A stretch of DNA of 64,000 bases from Camelus dromedarius (taxonomy: Eukaryota), in the NCBI RefSeq assembly GCF_036321535.1, contig NC_087437.1:50222001-50286000 (forward strand). Direction: 5' to 3'. The notes beneath the pieces were generated by a model that had not been told where the DNA came from, did no database searches, and saw only the letters and a program-made list of their open reading frames with translations. How positions within the stretch are numbered: position 1 is the stretch's first letter; the number at the start of each line of letters is the position of its first letter. The position numbers were made by a program, and so were the translations under genes. Shown piece by piece: positions 1 to 12,899 of the stretch.

Positions 1-450
1 CAGATGAATGGCTAAAGATGTGGTGTATTTATATACAATGGAACACTACTCAGCTATAAAAAAGAACAGAATTTTGCCATTTGCAGCAACATGGTTGGAC
101 TTGGAGGGCATTATGGTAGTGAAATAAGTCAGACAGAGAAAGATAAATGCTGTATATCACTTATATGTAGAATCTAAAAAATTCAACAAAAAATATAACA
201 AAAAAGAAGCGGACTCAGAGATATAGAGAACAAACTACCAGTGGAGAGAGAAAAGGCAGCATAAGGTTAGAAGAGTAAGAGATACAAACTGTTAGGTAGA
301 AAATAAGCTAGAAGGATATATTGTGCAACACAAAGAATATAGCCAATATTTTATAATAACTGTAAATGGAGTATAAACTTTAAAAACTGTGAATCACTAT
401 ATTGTACACCTGTAACATATATTGTACAGCAACTATGCTTCAATTAAAAA
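1..450 (+). mobile_element. LINE-1 3' end (ORF2 C-terminus/3'UTR), runs off window start
   Basis: L1 3' motifs (tacaatggaacactactcagc, ttgcagcaacatgg, gtacacctgtaac) ending in tcaattaaaaa A-tail. Confidence 0.9.
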
Positions 451-518
451 TTTTTATTTTATTTTATAAATAAATAAATAATAAAGTGTCTAAGCAGAGA
501 GGCCAATGCCTTCCAACC

Positions 519-720
519 TAGGGTTGCAAGATAAAATACAGGATGCCCAGTTAAATTAGAATTTCAGATAAACAGTGAGTCATTATTTAGTATAAGTATG
601 TCCCCAGTAAAGCTCCCAATATTACATGGGACATAACTGTACTAAAAAATGACGTTCTTTTTCCGAAATTCAAATTTAATGGGGTATTTGTATTTTTCTT
701 TGTAAAATCTAGCAACCCTA
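519..720. mobile_element. MER53-like hAT MITE (palindromic)
   Basis: Terminal inverted repeats tagggttgcaaga...tctagcaacccta, internal inverted symmetry (gaatttcagataaac/ccgaaattc; atgtccc/gggacat); matches recalled MER53 consensus. Confidence 0.85.
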
Positions 721-789
721 TCCTAAGGACATGTCTGCTTGAGATGGCCTAAAAGGGAACCTAAAATTTTAAATAAATTCAATAGTTCA

Positions 790-1810
790 ATGTAAAATAA
801 ATAAATGAAAAATTTGAGAAAATTATAACCTTGAGTATTAAAAGCCTTTCTAACTTAGAAAATTAAGAAGTCATGGAAGAAAAGAGTGATAAGATCCGCT
901 TTGTAAGAGTTAAAAAAAAAAATTTCTGGGGGAAAAAAATAAGCCATATGAAAAAACAAATAACAATTAGGCAAAAATATTTGCTACTGGAAACTTAGAC
1001 AGATAGCTAATCTCTCACATATATAAAGAGTACCTACAAATCCATGAGTAAATGAAAGATCATTTATCTGATTAAAAAGTTCACAAAGATATACAGAGTA
1101 TTCATAGAAAAGAAAATAGACATGGTTCTTAAATAGGGAAGAAGAAGAAGGAGAAGGAGAGGGAGAAGAAGCAGCCCATGTTGGCAAGACTGCATAAAAA
1201 TACTTCTATATGTTACTGGTGAGAGTATTAATTGGTAGAATTCTTAGGGAGGGCTATCAGACAGTATCTTGCTAAAGCTTCAAATACATATCCTATTGAC
1301 CCAGATAATCTACTTCTAGGAATTTATGCTACATATATACAAATACAAAATGAATTAAGTTTAAGAATATTATCTGAGCACTGTTGTAATGGAAAAAATT
1401 TGGCAACAGCTTAAATGTTCATCAACAGGGGACTGATTAAATAAAGTATGGTACATGCACACAATGGAATACTATGTAAATGTAAAAACAGAATTGAGAA
1501 ATGACTCGTATAGATGTGGAAAAATCTCTAAGTTATATGATGAAAAGTAAAGTGTGTGTAGTATATTAATATATGGGAGTAAAATGAGACAGAAAAGGAG
1601 TATATATATATTTACATTGGCTTCTATTTGCGTTAAGAAATATATCTGATAGGATATATTTAGGATCAATAATAGTGGTTACTTATCAGAGGGATAGGGA
1701 TGTTTGGATGAGGGCAAGGAAGGAAAACAGTCTTTTAATAAATAGCTTTTATATATTTTGTGTTTAAAATAAAACACATGAATGTATTACCAATTTGAAA
1801 AAATAAAAAT
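790..1810 (+). mobile_element. Ancient L1 (L1ME-type) 3' fragment
   Basis: Degenerate L1 motifs (gacccagataatctacttctaggaatttat; aaatgttcatcaacagggga; cacacaatggaatacta); A-rich end. Confidence 0.7.
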
Positions 1811-2249
1811 ATATTATCCCAATTCTGATGTTATTCAAAAATAATAGGGCTTAATTTTTGGATTAAGGTTACAATAATTTTTGAGACTCCTTAATCCTTC
1901 TCCTTACTCCACTGTAATGAATGAATGCTCCCAGTATTGTTTGTATTCTTAGACGAGAGGTATAGAGATAGCATAGTCCCATGACTTGACTCAACTATTC
2001 TCAGTCCAGATCTATTACATAACCCTTAATACTCCTCAGCAAACCTTAGCCTAGGTTATCAGCAACAACAAAAATAATTGCCAAGCACTGACTGTCAGTA
2101 AGGCATCATGCTAGTTTTTTTGCTTCAGAAAGTCTATTATTCTTTGCACTGACAGGCTTAAAAGGAAGGCATAGGGTGTATATTTTAAAAGGTGAACATT
2201 GCCATGAATGGTATAGACAAGAGCACTGGAATCTAGAAGAAAATTTATG

Positions 2250-2465
2250 TAGGGGCAAAGCTCCAATTTGAGCCTTAAGGATGAGAACTTAGAACAAGAA
2301 AAGGAGTCCAGAGGCATTTCAAATGAGGGAACATGATGAGCAAGGACACAGAAGTGGGAAAAGTTGTACCATATTTAGACCAGCAAGCAAACTAGGAGTT
2401 TTCCACACAAGATGTACTTACACGGGTGAATGGTAGGAGAAAAAACTGGAAAAGTGTGTTAAAAC
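2250..2465 (-). mobile_element. L2 fragment
   Basis: Purine-rich antisense-L2 pattern (gagccttaaggatgag...ggcatttcaaatgagggaacatgatgagcaaggacacagaag). Confidence 0.5.
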
Positions 2466-2466
2466 C

Positions 2467-2620
2467 TGTAACAGAGGTTGCTGGTTGTCTGTGCCAAAAT
2501 GCATTCTCCTCCTCCTTTTTATTTTAGCAGAATACTTATTGTTGGCTAGGTGCATTAACACATGGAATAAAGACCACATCTACTCAGCCTCCCTTGCAAC
2601 TAGATGTGGCCAGGTGACAG
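2467..2620 (+). mobile_element. MLT1 (MaLR) LTR 5' fragment
   Basis: Starts tgtaacagaggttgctggttg and contains cagcctcccttgcaactagatgtggccaggtgac, typical of MLT1H/I/J-type LTRs. Confidence 0.6.
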
Positions 2621-2899
2621 GGTTTGGGAGTCTCCTTAAAAGAGCGAAGGAATGCCCCCAAAATGTAAGCGTACCAACAGGAGCCAAAGGTCCATAAGGA
2701 AAGGTTTTGGTGTAGACATGTAGAGCAAGATAAGGAAAGATAAAGAAAAGACTGTTTCTTTTACTCAGCCCAGAATACCAGCTCTGGGCCTTGTGAAAAA
2801 CAAGGCTTCAGTCAGAAAACAAAAGAGTTGTTTTCTTGAGAACTGAGACATTGGAGCACAGGTAGTGTTTTTTCTCATAACCAGGTAACAAAAGGCAAT

Positions 2900-3925
2900 A
2901 TACTGAGAAAGAGGAGCTTTCTTCTAATTACTATGTGAGGCTGTGTGGTTCCAGTGAAATGGAAGCTAAGTGAGGTACTGTTTTGGCATTTCACAAGTTT
3001 TCAACCTTGGCATTTACTAGAAAAGCATCAACATTCTCCTGAAGATTAGCAAAAAAAAAGAATCACTCTTACTTGGCTTCACACATTTGGCTTTGATGCC
3101 CACAGGTATCAAAAAGGGGGTCTAGAGCAGAACTGGATAGAAGTGCTCATGAGCTCATGGAAGCCCCCATAAAGTAACTGAGAAGCAACTGAGTAATACC
3201 AGAAGTAAATGAGAATGATTTTGAACAGAGGGTTTAAAGACTTGTGCTACATGAGAACATTAAAATTACCCACTGAAATGTGAGTTATTGCTATTAATGT
3301 CAACTCATTTTCTCAGAGGTTATTGGGATATAGTGACAGCCTTTCTACATATGTGCCAGTGTTCCTAAGATCAGGGCCCCCACTAGAGCAACAAAGAAAA
3401 ACACAGCTAACAAAAGGATAAGGTGAGGTCTACTTGATGCTGTTGAGATTCCCTTCCTGGGCTTGACAGGTTGATGGGTTAGTAATGGTGATAGGAAGGG
3501 TGAATGACTAGTAGTAGTAGCCCAACCAGAAGACAGCTGTGCTGTCTTTCCACAGCACTGGGCTTCACTGGAAATCCAGAGCCCGGGGAAAGGGCAAGGT
3601 CTCAGAAGCCTCACAGGCATTTTTGACATCTCAGAGAAGATGAGAATGGACCTCCACCTTGAGAAGCAGTCATATGTCTACACAAATTGGTTTACCTCTT
3701 TCCATAGTCTCTAGAACAGGAATAACTTGAGATTTCCAGAGCCATGCCCAAACACCAGCAAGTGTGAGTCATCTTCTCCATAACCCCCAGTGCAGGAAGA
3801 AGCAGAGGGCTCACCTGCTTCTTCTAGCTTGTCATAGCATTCGGTGAAATTGTGAGGGCTTCTGACTGCCCAGATGATCAGCTCAGGGAGACACTACTGC
3901 TTAGTCTCAGAGGTCTTAGGGCTGC
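2900..3925 (+). pseudogene. Decayed intronless TBC (Rab-GAP) domain gene, TBC1D22/Gyp1-like
   Basis: Collinear frame-hopping peptides: FEQRV*RLVLHENIKITH (3220-3273), FLRGYWDIVTAFL (3309-3347), GLLDAVE/DSLPGLDRLM (3427-3476), DLHLEKQSYVYTNWFTSF (3649-3702), SRAMPKHQQV*VIF, GLTCFF*LVIAFGEIV...LLLSLRGL (to ~3917). Order follows TBC-domain motifs; many stops and frameshifts; by-eye similarity only. Confidence 0.55.
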
Positions 3926-4884
3926 TTCTTATTTGCTGTTAATTTTTATTTGTTTGGTGTGCCAGGTGTGGTGATCATCTTAAATCCAAGGTTTTTGCTT
4001 ATTGTTAGAAGTGAAAGCCACCACTAGGAAGGACTACACCATTCTAAATTTAATTTTTAATGCTTCTCTTTCTGAAATCTGGTGTTATAAGGCTATCTAT
4101 CATTCACAAGAAGGGAGAATGGGAAAAGGAAAAGAAATGTAGAAGGAAGTGGAATAAGAAAAGAATTGGCAGAAAGACCACATGTAATTGTACTTGGAAG
4201 CCATATTATCCCAAAATACTGCAGACTGGGTTATAAACTACTCTGTAAGTTCTGACCTTTTGCATACAAGTATGACTATGCTGCCAAAGTAATATTTTAC
4301 ATTCAAAATATACTTTTATTTTACATGGACTTTTCGTCAAACTAAAACTATAATATTTCAAGATCTTTCTAGCACTCTGTTCAATTTAGTTAAAACACTC
4401 AGTTGACCACTTCAGACTTCCTCTACGTGAATTCAACACACAAAAACAAACAAACAAACAAAACCTCAGAATATTTGATTTTCACTGTTAACATTGGCTT
4501 TAAACACTAAGGTGGGAGAATGGGAGGAAGCAGGATTTCTATAGTTGACTATTTGTATGGTCCTGGTGAACCAGACCAGATTAAACATGAAATCTCCTTT
4601 AATCATTCTAACCTAACATTTCCACATTCAAATAGAACCTTTGGCTAACCAAAGAAATCCACATATTGTTTTGCTTTTGTAGCATCTAGGCACATTTAAC
4701 CAATCATTTATTGGTGATTCAAGGAAAGTCTTTTCAGTTGTATCTAGGTATCTTAACAACTAGAGGTGTTATCAATAATTCATGTGGATAAACCCACCAT
4801 ACCCTGGTAACTGGCTTTGCCTAGGGGTAGAAATGCTGCATTTACTGGTCTGCCCTATTGGATGATCATTTGGACCATTTATCA

Positions 4885-5005
4885 CTTTATTTATTCAGCA
4901 ATCATTTCTTGAGCACTTATTGTATATTCAGCCTTATGCTGGGTGCTTAGGGTATAGATATAAACACAGTTCTCACTCTCTCTGAGCTTAAAGTCTGGTT
5001 GAGAA
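4885..5005 (-). mobile_element. L2 3' end
   Basis: ttattcagcaatcatttcttgagcacttattg... is the reverse complement of the L2 3' tail. Confidence 0.65.
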
Positions 5006-5011
5006 AAGATG

Positions 5012-5150
5012 TTAATAGCTAATCTTTTTGAAGGGCTTACTCCACAGCAACCGCTGTGCTATGTATGCATTTATGGAATTTATCTCATTTATATATCTCA
5101 TTTATATATATCTCTCACAATAACTCCAAGAAGTAAGAACCCTTATTTGA
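5012..5150 (-). mobile_element. MIR SINE fragment
   Basis: aatagctaatc...gcttac...atctcattt...ctcacaataac, antisense MIR 3' part. Confidence 0.55.
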
Positions 5151-5539
5151 ACTGTAGCTTGGAGGATAAGAAGACTTTTCATAGGCAAATAATGTGAAAA
5201 ATCAACCCTGCAAGTTGAGAAAACTACATGAGCAAGGACAAGAAAGTAAAGATAGCTGGCAGATTTTTGTGACTGTATCATCAGATTCCTGGAGGGAAAA
5301 GGAGCTGAAAAGTTCATTTGGAGCCTTTACTCCCAGACTAAGGGGGTTTGGAAATTTATTGCAATGAAATAGGCACAGATATTATTTGATGATTTTTCAT
5401 GCTTTTATTTGGGCTACTCAAGATTGTGGGCCAAAACTTTCATGTAAGAACAAGAAAGAGGTCACAGACTAGAATTCAGCTGGAGAAAAACTAGGCTGGC
5501 TCTCCCAGAATCTTGTCAATGAACACATCAAGTTACAGC

Positions 5540-5920
5540 TCCTTTCAGCAAATACCTACCAAGTGCCAAGAACTAGAAATGCAAAAACAAACAAGTGAAA
5601 CACATCCTTGTGCATGAAAGTTTACAGTATAGCATAGCAGGAAAGAGAGACTGTTAAATAAGCAATTACAGTTTAGTAGTGTCAGTATTTTGGTCTGGGA
5701 AGCATGGAGCACTGTGGGCACAGTGAGCAGAAGCATCTGACATAGTAGATGCCCAGAACCAAGGCCCCCTGGAGGTAATGCCTCTGAGAACTGAAGCACA
5801 ACTTGAATTTTGCCAGGTAAAGTTGAGAAAGGTAAAGAAGGAACAGCATGTGCAAAGACATGGTGGTATGACAAAGCATGATTTGGGGAACTGGGAGAAA
5901 TCCAGTGTGGCTCAAGTGTG
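5540..5920 (-). mobile_element. L2 fragment
   Basis: cagcaaatacctaccaagtgccaag...gaaagtttacagtatag...aggaacagcatgtgcaaagacatgg antisense L2 motifs. Confidence 0.65.
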
Positions 5921-6287
5921 AAGGAGGAAGAGGGTTTTATTCCCATTCTGTACTGTTTCTTTCTTCTCTGTCCACCACATGTCTCTCCCAATAGTCTTAG
6001 GAAATAAATGGAGAAGTAGAAGATAAAAAGGTATGGAATTAGAAAAGGGCAAAACAAGTGAAATAGGTGAAAAGCAAAAGAGAAGAAAGCAAGAGGAAGT
6101 GACTGAGGAGGGAAGAATGCGGAGGAAAAAGGGGGAACAGAGTCAGGGAGGGGCGGGGAAAGAGGTGACATAGCTGCAGACATTCCTAAACTATACGGCA
6201 CTGGTGCAGATTCAAATGCTCTGAGAACAGCAAAACGCAAACACATTTTGGGGAGAATCATTAAAATAAGGATCAGAAGGAAGAAAA

Positions 6288-6460
6288 CAGTTATTGAGCA
6301 TCTGCAATGTGAACTAGGCATTTTCACACATGATACCTCACTTATTCCTCACAAAAGCCCTACTAGATAGATACTATTGTGTAAGGAGAAAACTAAGGCT
6401 TTCGAAGACTAAATGGTTGGTGACTGATGGAATTGACATTTATACTTAGGTCTGCTTGAA
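6288..6460 (-). mobile_element. MIR SINE
   Basis: ttattgagcatctgcaatgtg...cctcacttattcctcacaaaagccct...gaaaactaaggct. Confidence 0.65.
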
Positions 6461-6944
6461 AATCTCTGCCATTCATGACAAGAGAGTAGGGGCACTGAAA
6501 GGGGAAGTACCAAACAGCCCACTTCTTTCTTATCATTTGCCCAAGGCTGTCTCTGAACCTGAGAGAGGATTCATCTGCATTCTATTATAAAACCCTTGGA
6601 AATTATACATCACTCACATTTTAAAATATCTTTTACATACTCCTGGCTGTATGCATTATCTATGATGATAAAATCAAGGGAAACAAGAAAAAATAGATAC
6701 ATGAACGCTAATCTACCACCTCAGCTTCACCAACAGTTTCACAATAATTTCAATTTACACACACACAGGCCATAAGGGAGAAAAGAGGCATAGGCACAAA
6801 TGCTAAGAAATATATAACCAAGCTAATCATTATTTCATTTCATCTTCCCATGAGATACAGGGTCCAAAATGCAGAAGGAAAGGGAAGATATTAGACCTGT
6901 AGATGATCAGCTAACTATATAATTATTCTATTCCATTTCATCTC

Positions 6945-7545
6945 TCAATGGATATCCATTCTTAACCAGTTGGTGTGTATCCTTTTAGACCTTTCTCTAT
7001 GCAAATATACACAAATATAAATATAAATATATATATATATGAGTACAGACAAATAGAAAATACGTATATCAGTGTGTGTACATACATGATAATATATGTG
7101 CAACATTTTATTATACATGATAATACATTATGCATATACACATATATACGTATGTATACACTTATATGTAGGTTTTTTAAAACAATGTGATCATACTAAG
7201 CAAATTATTCAGCCCCTCGTATATTAAATCTAAAAATTATCCTGGATTTCCCTAATTCCTTTTACTTCACTATACAATATTCTTTTCCAGTATGGATACA
7301 CCATAATTTATTTACCAGTTTCCTTGCTAATGGTCTTACAGTGGCTTCTGTTTTTTATAATTACAAATGATGTAGCATTAAGCATCTTTGCAATTATACC
7401 CTTGCACACATGTATTTTTGTAAGTTAGATTTCTGGAATTGAAATTACTGGATCAAAGTGTTTACACTTTTTTTTTTGACAGATACTACCAAGTTATTTC
7501 CAAAAAACTAAATTTTTTACTTCTTTGCCAGGACTTATGAGACCT
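6945..7545 (-). mobile_element. Ancient L1 (L1ME-type) fragment with TA-rich expansion
   Basis: Antisense L1 motifs (gtatggatacaccataatttattt; ggaattgaaattactggatcaaag). Confidence 0.65.
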
Positions 7546-8784
7546 AAAATTTTGGTTAAACCACCACCACATATGTGGAGTCTCGTGTTGTTACAAAAAT
7601 CATTTGTTTCACAAATAGTTTTCTAAAAGGGCCTACAATTTTCCAGAACAATGTGGGTTTTATTATAACTAAATGAAGAGAAATTTTGAAACAGGCTACC
7701 TGACAAGGATTCCATCAGAACCTCAGTGCAGGCAGCATAAAATAGAAGGCAGGGCTGGGGGCTCAAGCTGCCCCCAAAGCCAGTCAGAGTCTAGGGGTCC
7801 ACAAATGGGAACAAGGTCAGAAGTGGCGATTCTTTTGGCATCAGGCAGGGCCGGCAGTTTAAATTGGGAGCCTGACCCATAGAGGAAATAGCGGGTGATG
7901 TTAGTAAAGATCCACATCAGTTTATTATTATTCCTTTAACAAATATTAATGAGCAGTTCCTACTATGTGCCTCACTAGACTTAAGAAATATAAAAATAAA
8001 TAGAATGTGTTTCCCTGTTAGAGTTGCTCACAGTCTAGTGAAAAAGTCTCTGCCTCTCTTCTGGAGTATCTGAATGCTCTCTGGTTCTAGCTTTTGTTCT
8101 GAGCCCCTACTCTACCCCTGGCTCCTTTCTTCTCTCCGGAGTGCACAATAGCTTACAGTCCTGGTGCAGTAACTAGGTGATGGGTGTGGGGCGGGGGATG
8201 GTAGATGTGGTTAAATACAAGGTGTGTTTCAGTTTATCCAGGGTCTCCAGCCAGGGCGACAGAAAGTCATCCACCTTTGCCTCTTCCCCAGCCGTGAGTA
8301 ATCCCACTCACCTATATTTTTGGTTCCTTTAACATGGTGAAAATTTAAATGCTTCCTGCCGTTCTGAGTGACTAAGGACAGCCAATTTGGAACTCCCATT
8401 CATACTCAGGTTTAGAGAACTGAAGAGAGCAAGTTCAATGTTTGTATCCATGGAGATAGGGCTGGGGGGTTGGGAGGCGGGCAGTTTACCCATTGCATTT
8501 AACAGTCTCTGGGAAGGACCTCACAAGGTGACACCTCAGGCTTGTCAGAACATCTTCCTGTACCATCACATGGCCAGTTTACAAAAGAGGGGGAAATTCT
8601 ATTTTCTTAGATCATTATACCGAAGCTCAGAATGACTCATTCATCCGTTCAAAGCCATGGCTTGTATTCTAAAGGTATGCTCAGTCTATGCTCAAGATCA
8701 GAGTTCAAGGCAGGCTAGGATCTCAGTCAGAGTTAATGTCCTTGGTGTACCGCTCCCAGAGCCCATCCTGAGGTACTTCAGAAA

Positions 8785-8985
8785 GAGTTCAGAGTTTCAA
8801 ATTAAAAAGTCTAGATTCTCCTCCTTGCTCTGATGCTAGATGTGAGGTTTCAGAGACTCAGCATCTTCATATCTAAGATGGTGAAACAATCAACACCCTC
8901 CTGGACCTCAAAGAACTGCCATAATGACCAAATAAGGCAATGCATGATAAAGTGCTTGTAACTGCAAAGTGCAATAGATGTCTGA
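8785..8985 (+). mobile_element. MIR/MIR3 SINE
   Basis: ctcagcatcttcatatctaagatgg core...aatgcatgataaagtgcttgtaactgcaaagtgc. Confidence 0.55.
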
Positions 8986-10729
8986 GACAATGATGACACC
9001 AGCGACAGTGATGATGATGTAATGAAAGACATGACTAAGTTCACCAGCTGGGTAAGGTTGGCCAGCAAATTATTTGATTTTGTTAGCATAAGTGCATTAA
9101 TTCTCAACTTTCAAGCTTATTTCATTTACTGTCCTAGCTGCCAACTTTAGCCTTAGAAACCAAGGAGTAATTCAAACAGTGCATCATTTGCATAGGTTCA
9201 TGGAGCAACATTCTGAGGCGCTGAAAGTTACTAAAGAGATCACTGGATTCAGTATATGTGTCTATGAATATGCAAAAAAAAAATTATGAAACATTCAAGT
9301 GGAAAAATCCTGAGGCCACACAGGTTGCTTAATCTTTGTGCTAAATAACTTCAATCCCCAGGGAGTGGCAAAAAGAAAAACAACCACACACTCTTGCTGG
9401 CAAGCCAACTGTCGGGCTGTGTGTGAGTTCATGTGAAGGCCCAGTTTATTGGGAAGTGGATTGGGGTTGACCTGCAGAGGCACTAAAAAATGGCCATCCT
9501 TCCCGGAGCTCTCATTATAGACCTCTGCAGTCATTTTTCCCTTTTGTTAATTAGAAAACTAAACTCCTGCCTCAATCCTATGATTTCCACAGTAGGCCCT
9601 AAAAAAACTGCAAAAAAGTCCTGAGGCCTCCTTAAGCTAAGATTTTTTAAAATTGCTTGCTTTACAAAACCAGTGGGGGAATAGAAAGGGTGTGAGGGAG
9701 ACAGGTTGTAAATGGATAGAAACGCGAGATATTCCTGTATATAAAATGATTGCATAATGGAACTTTTTGCAAGACCAGAGATTATATAATACATAAAAAT
9801 AATGATTCCAAATCAAAGCACTTTATTAGTCAAAGTAACTAAAATAGTTGTTTAAAACGCACACATGCACACTCACACACACATACTGTTTTCCAAAGCG
9901 TGGTATTTTCTGCCTGAGCCTTTTCTTCTCTCTTGGCAGCCCTGTTGTGTACACGATCTTTACAGGAATGCAGAAAAACCACCTGAGGGAGAAAATTACT
10001 AATCACTAAAAATTACTAATCACTCTCTCACACTAAACAAATCCCACCGGGAGGTTTTTAGTTACACATAGGGATATGAGTTCTTTTTTTTCCTCTCAGG
10101 TTAATGATACAAAGGCGTACAAAATAAAAAAAGGAAGCATGTCACATCTTAATATGCATTAGCAGGGATATTTTTACATGATAGCATCTAGGTCTCAGTC
10201 CAAAATAAAAGCAAAGTAGACTGAAAGTCTCTAATGCCCACCACTGGGTCTCTCAGAAAGAAAAGAGGTTGGAGAGAGAAATCATACTTCCCACAGCATT
10301 GAATACAGTGCCTGTCATCCCCCGGCGGTGGCCCCTATCGTTTACTCTAACATTCAATGACCTTATTTTTACATGATACTCAGTTCACAAGCTCATCAGG
10401 TGCCTGTCATATATTATTTCATTAAATAGACTAGTGTGTTATTTATGGCACAGTCCCCACCAATTTATATCATATTTTCATGCTGTTTATCTCATACTTG
10501 TTTATCTTTTACTGTTTCTTTAGTCCATTGTAAATAGCCTAAGCCTGTGTACCTACTTAACTGATCAGAAGTTGAGTGTATCCAATTCAGTAGGTCCTAT
10601 TACAAATGAGACAAATTAGGAGAAGCAGTAAAATTCAGTTTCTTTTATTTGAGTGCCCCTTGGGTTCTTCTTTCTTCTTTATTATTATTGTTTTGGCTGA
10701 TTATAAAACATAACACCACTCACCATAAA

Positions 10730-11300
10730 AAATATTTTTAAGCAAGTCAAAACTGTATAAAATACAAATTGAAAGTCTTTCTCCAACAGTCCCTTCTTCC
10801 AAAGACCATTATATACAAATAGATTTTTATATATATAAAATAAGTATAAATCTATCCATGGAATTGGAATAATATTAAACATATAGTTCCATGGTTTATT
10901 TTTCACTTAACATTTTCTAGATATTTCTCCATATCAATAAGTATAGAATTACGTCCTCCTTTGAACAGGAGGATGAGTATTATTCCATTTGGGGGCATGT
11001 CATAATTTGTTTAAATAATTTCCTATTAGTGGGCATGTGGCTTATTTCTCACTTTTCAGTGTTTTTAATGAAGCTAAGATGAACAAGCTTATAAATACAT
11101 CTTTGAATACCTTTCTGATTTTCTCCTGTGAATAAATTTCTAGAAAAGGAGTCACTTCATCAAAAGGTATGACCATTCTAAATTTTGAAATATATTGACA
11201 CTATAGTTTGCAGAAAAGTTGATTCAATATACCTGCATTCTCATAAACTCTACATGTGGTCAATATTTTTATCTTTGCCAATCTCATAAATAACCACCAA
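10730..11300 (-). mobile_element. Ancient L1 (L1ME-type) fragment
   Basis: ttttcacttaaca...gtattattccatt...ttctagaaaaggagtcacttcatcaaaaggtatg antisense L1 motifs. Confidence 0.65.
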
Positions 11301-12354
11301 ATATAATGTCATGATTCTTTCAGGTACATTTCTTGGTTACTGGAAGAGAATGTTTTCAAATGACCATTTCTTTAATATTGTAAAGATATCTAATTTTTTA
11401 AGGTTAAAATTCTTTGTATGCTATTTTACAGATTGAAACTACCCCTTTCTTTATTGGCCACTATCCATTTGTCACAACATTAAAGAATCATTCCTATTTT
11501 ATAGATGAAAAAGCTGAGTTAAGTAGATGGCTAAATGGTAGTAAATAGTTGACAAGCCTCCTAATGCTAATATTCCTTCTGGAAAAAAACAGAAACAAAC
11601 AAACAAAACAGTGAATGGGGCATACTCTGTGCTCTAGACAGAAAGTAGAAAGCAGAAATATTATTAAATGACTCACATTTATCCCTATTCTAATCTAAGC
11701 CATATAGGGTCCAGTTATACATACAACAACAAACAACAGCAAACAATCTGACAAAGCATTTGAGTTTGTGTTCCAAAACTTCAAAATCTAAATCCCTTGT
11801 TTTGCCTGCTGCACTAGCACCTAAAATGCCAATGGTAACTATATTGTGTTAAGTTCTTCTTTAGTGTCTGGTGAAAAAATTGAAACCAATTATATTCTGT
11901 TGAGAAAAAAGAAGCAGTTCAACCCCAATGAAAAAATTAGCTCCATCTGGAAGCAGTCCGCCTCTGACCCGAGACTCTAAAAGTGCATGGAGTTAACTGG
12001 ATGGAGTCTCTCAATCTTTCGTTTTCTATCATGGTATCAAGGAAGAGGAGCCACATGAGAAAGAAAATGTAGAAAGGGTGCCCCTTAGAGAGTCAGGAGG
12101 GAGAGGAGAGGAGGGAGTATGTGTGCGTGCACACGTTAAAATTCTACTTCCCTTTGACATTTGCTTTCTAATTCCATTTAGCACTCAGAGTAATTAAGCA
12201 ACATCTGCTAAATACTCTGTCAAAGGTGTTTCCTTCCCCCCCATCCTAGCCTCCACCTCCACATACCCGGGCTTTGTTTTTAACCCCTCTTTATTTGGAG
12301 GCTTGTTGAGGCCTCCCAGTCACCACCTGTGTGGCAAAACCAGCCTTCCCTCAC

Positions 12355-12418
12355 GATCAGCTGCTCTGCAACAGTGCACAGGTGTGTCGTGGAGCAATCT
12401 CGGCATTCTTGTTTTTCA
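12355..12418 (-). pseudogene. Candidate exon remnant (RGS-domain C-terminal helix)
   Basis: Long pyrimidine tract ending tgcctaag|, open frame EKQECRDCSTTHLCTVAEQLI, donor gtgagg; resembles recalled RGS22 DLFDTAEEYI. Confidence 0.45.
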
Positions 12419-12899
12419 CTTAGGCAGAAAGAAAACAAAAAGGCAGAAGATTAAGTTATACCCGGATACAAATAGATGAGAGAGAGAACATAGACGAAGC
12501 CAAAAGTAATTTAGATAAATAGTACTGAAGGGTTCCTAGTGATGTAATTGGGATCAAAATAAACTTATAAGTAAACAACTACAGAGACACAGAAATCTAA
12601 CTTTTATGAAACAGCATCAATTCATTTTAGTTGTTATGTAAATGGCAAGACAAACATTTCTCTAATCCTGGCTCTCACACACACATACACACATGTGGTG
12701 ATAATAAATATGAAAATTCTAGGGAGGACACTACACAAACCCAGGGATTACTGAGCCCTGTCAATGTAATGTGTAAACCCAAGAAAATCATAACTACAAT
12801 ATTATGCTGCATTAAACGAAGGCAAATTAAATACTTTAAAGAGGAAAGAATTTTTTCAGTAGAGAACTGTAGGCTTCTTTCTCGATCTGTCTCTCTCTC

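Noticed and set aside
5545..6327. 260-aa minus-strand ORF, the longest in the track
   Set aside because: It spans MIR and L2 remnants and a purine-rich low-complexity tract. The F/L/S/P-rich translation is what the complement of GA-rich DNA gives, and no domain is recognisable.
9992..10024. 16-bp tandem duplication aaaattactaatcact
   Set aside because: An ordinary slippage duplication with two copies only; not an array.
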